A stretch of 64,000 nucleotides of DNA from an uncultured Planctomycetota bacterium (GTDB lineage Bacteria > Planctomycetota > PLA2 > JAEUHO01). Positions within the stretch are counted from its first letter, which is position 1. Every line of letters begins with the position of its first letter. Positions 15,968-25,711 of this stretch are shown one piece after another. Where the stretch lies: positions 672,001-736,000 of the forward strand of contig CAVVXN010000001.1 in NCBI GenBank assembly GCA_963752285.1, read 5' to 3'. The notes under the pieces were generated by a model. The model was not told the DNA's origin and searched no databases. It worked only from the letters and a program-made list of their open reading frames with translations. The position numbers and the translations under genes are program-made.

Positions 15968-18493
15968 CTACTTGCCGTCGCCGGGGCCCTTCTTGGACTC
16001 GCCGGTCCCCTTCTTCGCGTCCCCGGCGTCTTTCGTCGCGCCCTCGCCGGCCTTCTTCCCGTTCTTGTCGTTCTTGTCGTCGGGCGCCGGCTTCACGACC
16101 TGGGCCACGGGACCCGCGTGGCCGGTGTGCCACTCGCCCGCGAGCTCGAGCGCGCCGGCCTTCGCCTCCACCGTGATCTTCTGGATGAAGACGGTGAGGT
16201 CGTCGTCCCCCTTGGACGGCTCGCCGCCCACCGGCACGGCGAACGCGAGCTCGAACGTGTCCGCCACGGACGTGACCTCGATCGTGACGCCGGGGACGCC
16301 GTCCTTCGCGTGCTTCACCTCCATCTGGCCCGACTGGATGGTGGACTGCGAGAGGAAGCCGACGAAGTCGAGGCTCGGGAGCATCAGGCAGAGCCGCCCG
16401 TACCAGAAGCCGACGAGGTACGTGCCGGGCTCGACGGTTCCCTTCATCGTGGGCGGCGCCTCGGGCTTCGTGCGCCGGCGCCCGCCCCGCTTCTCCTCCT
16501 TCTCCTTCTCCTTGAGCGCCGCCTCGCGATCGCGGACCCAGACGTTCGCGAGCGGCACGTCCGTGTGGAACATGCCGAGCGTGAACGGATCCTCGTCGTT
16601 GTCGCTCTCGTCGAGGAGGTTCTTGCGGGTCTTGATCTTCGGTTTCTTCGCGCCGGGCGGGAGGAGGCTCTTCTTGGGGATCAGGACGAGCGCGTGCGAC
16701 GCGCCGCCGACGTACACGTGGTGCTCGACGTTCGCGCCCTGGCCGGCGAGGTGCACGGCCGTGGCGCCGCCCCAGCGGTCGAGCGCGACGTCTTCACGCT
16801 GGACCTGACGTCCGCGGCTCGCGCGGGCGATGATCCCCTCGAGCCGGTCCTGGCCCGGGTTCGCGTACCAGCCGCACCGGAAGCCGACGTTCTCGAAGCT
16901 GTTCTCGGGGCGCGGCGGGTTCTTCGTGCCCGTGCCGCTCCAATTGCGCGCGGAGAGGCGCAGCGCCAGCGGGTCCACGTCCTCGAAGGACGCGCCGCGG
17001 AGGACCTTCACGTACGCGCCCATCCAGGGGTGGTCGCGCGTCGCCCCGGGGTAGCGATCGAACCAGGACGACGTCCACTCCCAGACGTTGCCCAGCATGT
17101 GGTACGCGCCGCACCAGGACATGCCGTCGTAGGGCGGCACCGCCTCGCGCCACTTCTTCGAGAAGGCAGGCGGGTTCCCGTCCACGGGGATCGGGCAGGG
17201 CTGGAAGTGGGAATCCACGATGATGCCGCCCCAGACCGCGTGGCTCTCGTCCGCGAACCACGTGTTGCCCCAGGGGTAGACGTAGCCCTGTGGACCGCGC
17301 GCGACGTACTCCCACTCCGGCTCGGTCAGGACGTGCTTGCCGGCCCACTCCGCGTACGCGGCGGCGTCGATGTACGAGACCCAGCGGACCGGGAGGTCGA
17401 GGATCTCCTCCTTGGGCTCGAGGCCCTGCCAGTCCTGCGGCGGCACGCGGTCGTAGAACTTGAACTGGATGTCCGGGGGGAGCGGCGCGCGACGCATCTT
17501 CTTGAAGGTGCCCTTGAGGTCCACCTCGTCCTTGCCGGGCAGCTTCACCACGAGGTTCGGGAGCTTCGTCGTGAGCTCGTCGGTGTTCGCGAGGAAGAGG
17601 AGCCACGTGTAGACGGCGTCGCTCTTGGACACGTCCGCGAGCGCCATGCCGAGCAGGTGGGCGCACACCTCGTCGAGGTTCGCGAGATCGCCCGTCGTCT
17701 TGTGCTCGGCGGTCGCGACCTCCTTCAGGAACTTCACGTACTGCGCGTTCGTGACCTCGTACTGGTCGGCGAAGAAGCCCGGCATGTCCACCTGGTACTG
17801 CGGGCTCTCGAACTGGAAGAGCGCGAAGACCTCGGGGTTCCGGTTGTTCAAGAGCTTCGCGAGATCGGCCGGCGGCGTGCCGATGACCGCGCGGCCCGCG
17901 GGCACGTAGATCATGCCGGCGGGCGCCTTCACGCCGGTCGGGCTCTCGAGGAGCTCGGTCACCTTGCGCTCGGTCTTGGGCGCCGCGGCGGCCGCGGTCG
18001 TCGAACCCCCGTCCTTGGGGTCGGGATTCGCTGCCGCGCCGTCCTTCGGTTCGCCGTCCTTCGGTTCGCCGTCCTTCGGCGCGTCGCCCTTGGGCTCGTC
18101 CCCCTTGGGCTCTTCGGGCTTCGCGGGTCCCGTGCCGTCGTCGCCCTTGGGCTCGTCGCCCTTGGGTCCGTCGCCCTGGGGCTCTTCGGGCTTCGCGGGC
18201 CCCGTGCCGTCGTCGGCCTTGGGCTCGTCGCCCTTGGGTCCGTCGCCTTGGGGCTCTCCGGGCTTCGCGGGCCCCGTGCCGTCGTCGGCCTTGGGCGGGT
18301 CGGCCTCGTCCGGGACCTCGTCCGCGACCGCGGGCCCCTTCGGGGCGGGCGACGCGCCGGCGAGGCGGGTCACGTCCGCGGTCCGGCCTCTCTGCGTGCC
18401 GCCCACGCCCGCGTCGGGTCCCGGTGAGGCACACGCCGGACAGAGGTACACGGCGAGGAGCAGGAGGGGGATCGAACGGACGAGAAGACGCAT
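15968..18493 (-). CDS. Exported FGE-sulfatase (SUMF1/EgtB/PvdO-fold) domain protein
   Basis: Signal peptide; GMIYVPAG, DQYEVTNAQY, PVRWVSYIDAAAYAEWAGK..LTEPEWEYVARG, YPWGN, MLGNVWEWT, VLRGASF, NVGFRC. Confidence 0.9.
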   Translation of the reverse strand: MRLLVRSIPLLLLAVYLCPACASPGPDAGVGGTQRGRTADVTRLAGASPAPKGPAVADEVPDEADPPKADDGTGPAKPGEPQGDGPKGDEPKADDGTGPAKPEEPQGDGPKGDEPKGDDGTGPAKPEEPKGDEPKGDAPKDGEPKDGEPKDGAAANPDPKDGGSTTAAAAAPKTERKVTELLESPTGVKAPAGMIYVPAGRAVIGTPPADLAKLLNNRNPEVFALFQFESPQYQVDMPGFFADQYEVTNAQYVKFLKEVATAEHKTTGDLANLDEVCAHLLGMALADVSKSDAVYTWLLFLANTDELTTKLPNLVVKLPGKDEVDLKGTFKKMRRAPLPPDIQFKFYDRVPPQDWQGLEPKEEILDLPVRWVSYIDAAAYAEWAGKHVLTEPEWEYVARGPQGYVYPWGNTWFADESHAVWGGIIVDSHFQPCPIPVDGNPPAFSKKWREAVPPYDGMSWCGAYHMLGNVWEWTSSWFDRYPGATRDHPWMGAYVKVLRGASFEDVDPLALRLSARNWSGTGTKNPPRPENSFENVGFRCGWYANPGQDRLEGIIARASRGRQVQREDVALDRWGGATAVHLAGQGANVEHHVYVGGASHALVLIPKKSLLPPGAKKPKIKTRKNLLDESDNDEDPFTLGMFHTDVPLANVWVRDREAALKEKEKEEKRGGRRRTKPEAPPTMKGTVEPGTYLVGFWYGRLCLMLPSLDFVGFLSQSTIQSGQMEVKHAKDGVPGVTIEVTSVADTFELAFAVPVGGEPSKGDDDLTVFIQKITVEAKAGALELAGEWHTGHAGPVAQVVKPAPDDKNDKNGKKAGEGATKDAGDAKKGTGESKKGPGDGK
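18040..18295 (-). repeat. In-frame 72-bp (24-aa) and 15-bp (5-aa) tandem repeats in the FGE-sulfatase gene linker
   Basis: KADDGTGPAKP(G/E)EPQGDGPKGDEP about 3 times, then PKGD(E/A) and PKDGE pentamers. Confidence 0.9.
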
Positions 18494-18814
18494 GACGACT
18501 CGTTTCCTCGGTCTCGGTCTCGATCGCGCTCTGGGCGGATACGGGCGATCCAACGCACGGTAGCACAGAGGACGCGGTGGACCGTCGGCGCGGACGGCCG
18601 CGGGGGCCGACCGTCGCCCGCGCGGCACGGTCCCCGGAGGTCGCCGCTGCGGGTCACCGTCCCGGGGTGCCGAGGCCCACGCCGGCGCCCGGTCCCCCCG
18701 ACGGCGGTCCCCCCGTGGATGGGGGGGGAACGGCGGCTGGCGCCCCAGGGGTTGGGGCTCGTGGGTTGCGATGTCGGCGGCAGGGTGTACGGTGGGGCGT
18801 GGCGGAGGAACAAG

Positions 18815-19549
18815 ATGGGCAACTTCGAGAAGCTCTCGGTGCTCGTGATCGCCGTGATCATCGTGATGATCCTCGCGGTCGCGATCCACACCTGGACCAG
18901 CGATCCGGCTGCGCCCGAGGTGGCGAACGCGCCGGTCTCGCCGCTCGACATGCCGAGCTCGCCTCCGCCCCCGGGAGAGTCCGCGCGGGATGCGAGCGGG
19001 ACGTTCCCCGACCCCTGGGCGTCCTGGGACACCTCGCGCCAGGGCGACACCAAGCCGACGACGACCCCTGCGGCCGAAACCCCCGGCGCGAAGTCGGTGA
19101 CGCCCCCGGCCGAGAAGTCCGCGACCACGGACGCGCCGCCCGCGAAGGAGGAGGCGTCCGAGCCGCTCGACCGCAAGGTGAAGGTCCAGCGCGGCGACAC
19201 GCTCGGCCTGATCTCGCTTCGCGCGTACGGGACGACGAGGCACTGGACGCGCATCGCCGAGGCCAACCACGTGGACCCCGAGAGGCTCCAGGTGGGGCAG
19301 GAGCTCGTGATCCCGCACATCGAGGGCGCGAAGACCGACGCGCCCGGGACCCGGGCGGTCTCCCCCTCCTCGGGAAGCCCCGCGAAGGGGCAGAGCTACA
19401 CGGTGCGCCGCGGCGACACCATCCAGAGGATCGCGAAGGCCGCGTACGGCACCGTCGAGCGCTGGCCGGACATCTGGTTCGAGAACATGGAGCGCATCGA
19501 CGACCCGAGCCGCCTCGGCACGGGCATCGAGCTCCGCCTTCCCCGCTGA
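18815..19549 (+). CDS. Membrane-anchored protein with two LysM domains
   Basis: N-terminal TM; VQRGDTLGLIS..YG...W.RIAEAN...LQVGQELVIP and YTVRRGDTIQRIA..YG...W; GGAGG RBS. Confidence 0.92.
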   Translation: MGNFEKLSVLVIAVIIVMILAVAIHTWTSDPAAPEVANAPVSPLDMPSSPPPPGESARDASGTFPDPWASWDTSRQGDTKPTTTPAAETPGAKSVTPPAEKSATTDAPPAKEEASEPLDRKVKVQRGDTLGLISLRAYGTTRHWTRIAEANHVDPERLQVGQELVIPHIEGAKTDAPGTRAVSPSSGSPAKGQSYTVRRGDTIQRIAKAAYGTVERWPDIWFENMERIDDPSRLGTGIELRLPR

Positions 19550-19695
19550 GTCGTTCGTCCGGGCGCGCGGCCGCCACCGCGCGCTCGGGTTCGTGGGTCT
19601 CTCTCCTCCTTGGCGAACCGGGGGGACCCGACCGCGAGGCCGGGTCTCCCCGGCACTTCCCGCCGCGCGCGCCTCCCATGCCGCGGGCGCGTAGC

Positions 19696-20766
19696 ATGTC
19701 CGCCCGCGTGCAGAGCGACGTCCAGCACCAGCGCGACCTCGGGCCGGAGCCGCCTCCGGACGACGCGTCGGGCGGCCCCGTCGCCGCGACGCTCCTCGCG
19801 CTCCCCGCGTTCCTCTTCGGCGTGGCCGTCCGGGCGAAGGGCCTCGCGTACCGCGTCGGGCTTCGCCGCGCGCATCCCCTCGGGCGGCCCGTGGTCTCGA
19901 TCGGGAACCTGGTCGCCGGCGGGACCGGGAAGACCCCGTTCGTCGCGTGGCTCGCCGGCGCGCTCCGGCGGGACGGGCGCCGGCCCGGGATCCTCTCGCG
20001 CGGGTACGGACCGCGCGCGGCCGGCCTCGACCTCTCCGACGAGGGCGCGGTGCTCCGACACCTCCTCGGGCCGGACGTGCCGCAGGTCGAGGACGCCGAC
20101 CGTGTTCGCGGCGCCGCTCGCCTCCTCCGGTCGCACCCCGACGTGGACGTGCTGCTCCTCGACGACGGCTTCCAGCACCGGCGGGCGGCGCGCGACGTGG
20201 ACGTGGTCCTCCTCGACGCCACGCGCCCGTTCGGCGGCGGGCACCTCCTCCCGTGGGGACGGCTCCGTGAGCCACCCTCGGCGCTTGGGCGCGCGGACGG
20301 GGTCGTCCTGACACGGGTCGAGCGCGTGGACCGCGCGCGCCTCGACCGGATCCGGGCCGAGGTCCGCCGGTGGACGGGCGCGCCGATCGGGTGGGCGCGC
20401 ACGCGTGCGGTCCGCGTCCTCGAGGACGGCCGGACGAGCCCGCCCGAGAGCCTCCGCGGCCGCGGGGTGCTCGCGCTCTCGGGCATCGGAAACCCCGACG
20501 CCTTCGCGGCCTTCCTCTCGACGGACCTCGGCGCGCGGGTCGCGGGCCGGATCGACCTTCGCGACCACGCGCGGATCGACGAGGCGACATGGGCGCGGGC
20601 GGTCGAGGCGGCGAGGCGCCTCGGGGCGGACGTCGTCGTCGCGACGCGGAAGGACGCGGTGAAGTCCGCGCGCCTCCCCGCCGGGGTGGCGGTCTTGGAC
20701 ATCGGTCTCGACGTCGAGGGAGACCTCGCCTGGACCCGCGCGGAGTCGCTCCGGCCGCGGAATTGA
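19696..20766 (+). CDS. lpxK: Tetraacyldisaccharide 4'-kinase
   Basis: VVSIGNLVAGGTGKTP, ILSRGYG, SDE, LLDDGFQH, LLPWGRLREP, SGIGNP, TRKDAVK. Confidence 0.95.
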   Translation: MSARVQSDVQHQRDLGPEPPPDDASGGPVAATLLALPAFLFGVAVRAKGLAYRVGLRRAHPLGRPVVSIGNLVAGGTGKTPFVAWLAGALRRDGRRPGILSRGYGPRAAGLDLSDEGAVLRHLLGPDVPQVEDADRVRGAARLLRSHPDVDVLLLDDGFQHRRAARDVDVVLLDATRPFGGGHLLPWGRLREPPSALGRADGVVLTRVERVDRARLDRIRAEVRRWTGAPIGWARTRAVRVLEDGRTSPPESLRGRGVLALSGIGNPDAFAAFLSTDLGARVAGRIDLRDHARIDEATWARAVEAARRLGADVVVATRKDAVKSARLPAGVAVLDIGLDVEGDLAWTRAESLRPRN

Positions 20767-20822
20767 GGGCCCGGTCCTGAGTGTCCGGTCGTGACCGACC
20801 GCGGCGTCCGGGTCCGATCCGG

Positions 20823-21641
20823 TCACGCGCGGCCGAGCGCGTAGATCGAGCCGGTGGGGAGCGATACGCCTCGTCGGGCGACGAGCGCAGGGAGCCGGCG
20901 TCCGGGCGCGAGCCTCGACGCGGCGGTGGCCAGCGAGAAGACCGTCCGGACGGGGACGAACGAGACCCGGGCGAACCCCGCGCGAAGGAGCGTCCTCTGA
21001 AGCGTCCGACGCGTGAAGTAGACCAAGTGCTCGTGCGGCGTCACGAGCGGCCAGTGCCGGCCCGAGACCCGCGCCCAGAGGCATCCCACGTCGGGCACCG
21101 TGACCGCGAGCGTCCCGCCGGGTCGGAGCGCGGCGTGGATCCGCGCGAGGGGCGGGACGGGGCGCGGGAGGTGCTCGAGGACGTCGAAGAGCGTGACCAC
21201 GTCGTAGCGCCCGGGCGCGAGCGGCGCGTCCTCGATCGTGCCCGCGAGCACCGGGAGCCCGGTCCGCGTCCGCGTCCGACCGGCCACCTCTTCGCTCGGC
21301 TCGAGCCCCTCGGGACGGTAGCCCGCGCGGGCCGCCTCGAGGAGCAGGGCGCCGGTCGCGCAGCCGACGTCGAGGAGGCGGCGCCCGCGGGGCCCTCGCG
21401 GGAGCGCCCGGAGCCGGCGCCGGAACTCCCGCCGGAACAGGCGCTCGTCGGCCGCGTAGTCGAGGTAGCCGCGCTCGGGGTCCGCGTAGTAGCGCGCGTC
21501 GTAGAGGCGGACCGCCTCGGCGGGGGAGGGCAGCGCGCCCACGCGCACGAGGCCGCAGCGACGGCAGCGGACGAGCCGCGCCCCGCGGACCTCGAAGAGC
21601 GTTCGCGGGGGGCCCGGCGCCTCGCAGAGCGGACAGGTCAA
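20823..21641 (-). CDS. Class I SAM methyltransferase with N-terminal CxxC..CxxC zinc ribbon
   Basis: CPLC...CRRCGL; LLDVGCATG; FDVLEHL; PHEHLVYFT; TTG start overlapping the upstream TGA. Confidence 0.88.
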   Translation of the reverse strand: MTCPLCEAPGPPRTLFEVRGARLVRCRRCGLVRVGALPSPAEAVRLYDARYYADPERGYLDYAADERLFRREFRRRLRALPRGPRGRRLLDVGCATGALLLEAARAGYRPEGLEPSEEVAGRTRTRTGLPVLAGTIEDAPLAPGRYDVVTLFDVLEHLPRPVPPLARIHAALRPGGTLAVTVPDVGCLWARVSGRHWPLVTPHEHLVYFTRRTLQRTLLRAGFARVSFVPVRTVFSLATAASRLAPGRRLPALVARRGVSLPTGSIYALGRA

Positions 21642-22315
21642 CGCGCCGCGGGTCCCGGCCCGCGCGGCGCGCGCGCCCGCCCGTTCGAGCTCGGGCGGTG
21701 CCCGACGAGCGTCCGGTCGGCGTAGACCCGGGACGCGGGCAGGACCCGCGCCTCGAGGCCCCGCGCCTCGAGCGCCCGGGCCCACTCGGCGCCGGTCCGG
21801 AACCGGCCCTTCGCGCCGCGCGTGATGCCGAGCGTCTGGAAGACGTGCTCGTGGGCGCGGGCCAGCCGGTGGTGCCAGCCCGCTCCGGCGTCGGGATCGC
21901 GGAGCACCACGGTGCCGCCCGGTCGCAGCGCCGTCGCGGCGCGGTCGAGCAGCCGATCCTGCGCGGTGGCGTCGAGGTAGTGGAGCACGTCCACGAGCGC
22001 CACCCCGTCGCACGCCGGGATCTCGAACGTCTCCATCGAGTCGAGCGCGGCCTCGATCGGGAGCCCGTCGAGGCTCGACCGGAGCCGGGCGACGCGGTCC
22101 GGGTCCCAGTCCACCGCGACGACCCGGCGGTCGGTCCCGCCGCGCACCCAGAGGTGGGCGAGCAGGCCCTCGCCGCAGCCGAGGTCCACGACGAGACCGC
22201 GGGGGGGGAGGAGCCAGGCGAGGTCGTCGAGCCCGCCCCACGCCAGACGCAGGCGGCGGTAGAGCGCGGCGGAGAGCGCCCCGTCGGGCCAGGCTTCGAG
22301 GAGACGCGCGGACAT
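21638..22315 (-). CDS. Class I SAM methyltransferase
   Basis: VVDLGCGEGL, VAVDWD, VDVLHYL, LRPGGTVVLRD. Confidence 0.88.
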   Translation of the reverse strand: MSARLLEAWPDGALSAALYRRLRLAWGGLDDLAWLLPPRGLVVDLGCGEGLLAHLWVRGGTDRRVVAVDWDPDRVARLRSSLDGLPIEAALDSMETFEIPACDGVALVDVLHYLDATAQDRLLDRAATALRPGGTVVLRDPDAGAGWHHRLARAHEHVFQTLGITRGAKGRFRTGAEWARALEARGLEARVLPASRVYADRTLVGHRPSSNGRARAPRGPGPAAR

Positions 22316-22695
22316 CCGGACATGCTCCCCGAAGTCGAGCCCTCCCGCGAGCACGGGGCTCCTCCCGCCGCGAGGTTCGCGCCGGCTCGCGGGTCGCGGG
22401 TCGCGGGTGGTGGGTCGCGTGCGGTGGGTCGCGGGTCGCGCGGGCGCGGACGACCCGTTGGGCGCGCGACGCGTTCGACAAGGGGCGCGAGGGCGCCCCG
22501 CTCGTGGGCGATCGGCGGTCACGCGCTCCCCGACCGGGTGTCCCTCGGACGCCCGGGCCCCGACTTCGCGGGGAGCCGCCGGCGTCCCCGCTTCCCCTCC
22601 CGGCGACGGGGGCCGACCACGACCGCCGACCGGTTCGTCGGGGTCCCGGTAGGCGCGGGGCCGCGCGACGCGCGACGGTTCACGGGGGATCCGCC

Positions 22696-23886
22696 CTAGG
22701 GAAGCATCTTCTTGTGGTCGGCGAGCTTCTCCGGGAGGTACGTGTCCATCACGAAGTTCAGATGGTGCTTCGCGAAGGCCTGTTGCTCGGCGCGGACCCC
22801 CATCGCGATCTGCTGCTGGACCGCGCGGGTCCACTCCGGGTACGCCTTGAAGAAGGGGTCGTTCTTGAGCGCCGCGCGGGCCCGCTTCACGTCCACGTCC
22901 TTCAGGGGGTGGGTCGGGAGCTGGTAGTCGATGATGTCCTGGGGCGTCACACCGAGCAGCCGCGCGCGCGGGACGCAGTAGAACCGGTTGATGTGCGCCG
23001 CGTTGCCGCTCCCGACCTTCAGGGTGCGGTAGATGTTCGCGAAGCCGTACGGGTCGCAGTCCGTGAAGACGTACACGGGCAGGTCGAAGCCGTCGGAGAT
23101 GCGCCGGAGGAACCGCCGCGTGGCCCGCGAGGGGACGCCACCCAGGTTCACGATGATCGACTGCGTCGTGCGCCACCAGCGGTGGTGCGCGAGGCGCTGG
23201 TACATGCCGCCCGTCTCGACCGCGAGGATGAACTTGGCGTCGGTCTCGAACTCGAGGCCCTCGACGAGGCTCGGCACCGTGTACGAGCCGGAGCCGAGCG
23301 AGCGGCAGTCCACGCGCACCGCCTCGTTCGTCTCGTGGTCGAAGTCGATGACGGTCAGGTTGCCGGCCACGGCGCCGCCGTGCTCCTCGGGGATGAACCG
23401 GAGCTGCTCCCGCGAGACGCCGTGGACCGAGAACATCGCCTCGACGTCGTCCATCACGGCGTCCGACTCGGCCTGCTCGTTGAAGCGTGCGTCGCCCCAG
23501 TTGATGCTCTGGTAGTACACCTCTCGCTTCGAGGCCAGGTCGTCGATCTGGATCATCTCCTTCGACAGCGCCATGAACTTGAGCGTCTGGGCGAACGTGC
23601 GCACGGTGTTGACCGAGAGCGTGCGGACGAGGCGCTTGCGACCGATCTCGAAGTGCCCGTGGTCGCGCGAGAGGCTCACGTTGCCGAGGCTCCGCTGCGG
23701 CGTGTGGATCTCGGGGCGCTCCCCCTTCACGAGCGTCTGGTGGATCCGGCCGGCCTCGCCGACCAGCGCCTCGACGGTCTGGTCGTCCGACGCGCCCGTG
23801 GCCGTGCTGGGGCGCCGCCGCTTCGGGGGCTCTCCCGAGGCGGGCGGAGGTGTCTTGCCGGGAGCCTTCTTCTTCCGTGCGGCCAT
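22696..23886 (-). CDS. top6A: DNA topoisomerase VI subunit A (Spo11-like)
   Basis: KREVYY catalytic Tyr region, QAESD..MDDVE, ILAVETGGM (TOPRIM Glu), GVPSRATRRF, FTDCDPYG (DxD), AEQQAF. Confidence 0.95.
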   Translation of the reverse strand: MAARKKKAPGKTPPPASGEPPKRRRPSTATGASDDQTVEALVGEAGRIHQTLVKGERPEIHTPQRSLGNVSLSRDHGHFEIGRKRLVRTLSVNTVRTFAQTLKFMALSKEMIQIDDLASKREVYYQSINWGDARFNEQAESDAVMDDVEAMFSVHGVSREQLRFIPEEHGGAVAGNLTVIDFDHETNEAVRVDCRSLGSGSYTVPSLVEGLEFETDAKFILAVETGGMYQRLAHHRWWRTTQSIIVNLGGVPSRATRRFLRRISDGFDLPVYVFTDCDPYGFANIYRTLKVGSGNAAHINRFYCVPRARLLGVTPQDIIDYQLPTHPLKDVDVKRARAALKNDPFFKAYPEWTRAVQQQIAMGVRAEQQAFAKHHLNFVMDTYLPEKLADHKKMLP

Positions 23887-25556
23887 CAGACCTTCCGGCT
23901 GCGACGCAGCGTCTCCTCGAGCACCGTGCTGACCTCCGCGGTCTCCTTCTCGTCGAGGTCGAGGAGGTCGCGGAGCGCCTCCGCGATGGGAGGCAGGTAC
24001 TTCGTGATGTAGTCCGTCTTGCGCTGGGCCTCGGCCAGACGGCGGCGCTTCCGGATGAACGAGCCGACCCGACGGCCGACCTCCTGGAGGCCGAGCCGGA
24101 TCTCGCGCACGATCTCGTCGTACGACGCGACGGCCTCCTTCGACTCGCTCGTGAAGGGGACCCAGACGCTCGCGACGTGGACGAAGATCGCGAGGGGGCC
24201 CACGGGGAGGCTGCCCTTGGGCTGCTGGAGATCGTACGAGCGCCACGACGTCGAGACGACCGCCTTCGTCATGGCGCACGCGCCACCCTGGTAGAGCAGG
24301 GGAACCCGGTTCGCGAAGCGGAACACGCGCGCGGGCTGGTCGCCGGGCAAGGGCTCGCCGTACGCGAGCCCGACCTCCACCTGGAAGGGGTGGCCCCGGT
24401 ACACGGACGGCGCGCGGGTCACCGACTCGTAGAGCGCGGCCTCGACCTCCTTCTTGAGACCCTCCTTGATGGCCTCCTCGCCGATCGGGGAGAGGCAGTC
24501 CGTGGGCGGCGCCATCACCTTGACGGTGTTCATCGCCTGGTGGAGCTTCTCGGCCTGGCCCCGCATCACCTTGCGCGGCGACACGTTCTCGGGCAAGCCG
24601 GCCTCGACGAGGATCTCGGCCGCGACGCGGTCGCTGACGCGGCAGAACTCCTCCTTCAGGAAGGTGGAGACGCGCCGCGCGTTCGTCGCCGAGAGGAGCT
24701 TCATGAGCGTCCCGAGCTCGACGCCGTACGGGTGCGGCTGGATCTCGCGCGGCGGCTCGGGGATCGTCTGGATGGCGCGCACGAAGACGTGGGGGAGCTG
24801 GTCGCCGGGCGCGAGGAACCGGAGCAGCGCGTGGGGATTCGCGAGGGCGGTCTGGCGGAGGTACTCGAAGACGCTCTTCTGCCCCGTCTGGTACCGGCCC
24901 TCGAGCTCGATCTCGAGCCGGGTCCCCCGCGGGTGCGGGAACTCGTCGAGCTCGCTCTCCTTCACGATCTGGGGCTCGTTGCGGCGCGTGTCGATCTGGA
25001 GCTCGAAGTGGTTCGCCTTCTTGCGCGGTCCCGTCCGGGTCGTGATCAGGATCGGCATCCCCGTCGTCAGCTGCCCGTACAGGGCCGCCGCGGAGATGCC
25101 GATGCCCTGCTGGCCGCGGCTCATCCGGAGCCGGTGGAACTTCGAGCCGTAGAGCAGCTTCCCGAAGATGCGGCTCACCTGCTCTTTCACGATGCCGGGA
25201 CCGTTGTCGGTCACGACGAGACGGTAGCGGTCCGTGGTCCCGGCGGGGCCCCGCGACCGCGCGGCGGGACGCCCGTCGCCGTTCCCGTCGCCCGTGGCCG
25301 TGCCCTGCCGCACGAGGGCGAGCTGCACCTCGATCTCGGGGAGGATCCCGGCCTCCTCGCAGGCGTCGAGCGCGTTGTCCACGGCCTCGCGCACCGCCGT
25401 GAGGAGCGCCTTCGAGGGGTTGTCGTAGCCGAGGAGGTGCCGGTTCTTCGCGAAGAACTCGGCGACCGAGATCTCCCGCTGCGTCCGGGCGAGCTCCTCC
25501 GCGGTGGCGCGGAGGCCCTCCTGCTCGGCGGATCGGGAGACGCGGTGGCGGACCAT
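23886..25556 (-). CDS. top6B: DNA topoisomerase VI subunit B (GHKL ATPase)
   Basis: EISVAEFFAKN, REAVDNALDACE, DNGPGI, GSKFH..SRGQQGIGIS, RFANRVPLLYQ, VPFTSESKEA; stop overlaps the top6A start (TGATG). Confidence 0.96.
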   Translation of the reverse strand: MVRHRVSRSAEQEGLRATAEELARTQREISVAEFFAKNRHLLGYDNPSKALLTAVREAVDNALDACEEAGILPEIEVQLALVRQGTATGDGNGDGRPAARSRGPAGTTDRYRLVVTDNGPGIVKEQVSRIFGKLLYGSKFHRLRMSRGQQGIGISAAALYGQLTTGMPILITTRTGPRKKANHFELQIDTRRNEPQIVKESELDEFPHPRGTRLEIELEGRYQTGQKSVFEYLRQTALANPHALLRFLAPGDQLPHVFVRAIQTIPEPPREIQPHPYGVELGTLMKLLSATNARRVSTFLKEEFCRVSDRVAAEILVEAGLPENVSPRKVMRGQAEKLHQAMNTVKVMAPPTDCLSPIGEEAIKEGLKKEVEAALYESVTRAPSVYRGHPFQVEVGLAYGEPLPGDQPARVFRFANRVPLLYQGGACAMTKAVVSTSWRSYDLQQPKGSLPVGPLAIFVHVASVWVPFTSESKEAVASYDEIVREIRLGLQEVGRRVGSFIRKRRRLAEAQRKTDYITKYLPPIAEALRDLLDLDEKETAEVSTVLEETLRRSRKV

Positions 25557-25711
25557 CGGGGGGGGATCCTACGCGCGCGGGCCGACACGGCCCGGTTCCG
25601 CTCGGAGGACCGCCCATCCGACATCCGGGGGCGAAGCGAACGCGGCGCGCAGGGCGATTGTACCCCCGGTCGCGGCGATCGCGCGGGCGTCGCCGCGCCA
25701 CGCCTCGTGCG

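Noticed and set aside
16860..17010. Diversity-generating retroelement variable region in the FGE-sulfatase (CLec-fold) gene
   Set aside because: No reverse transcriptase and no template-repeat copy seen in the window; the domain is internal rather than C-terminal.
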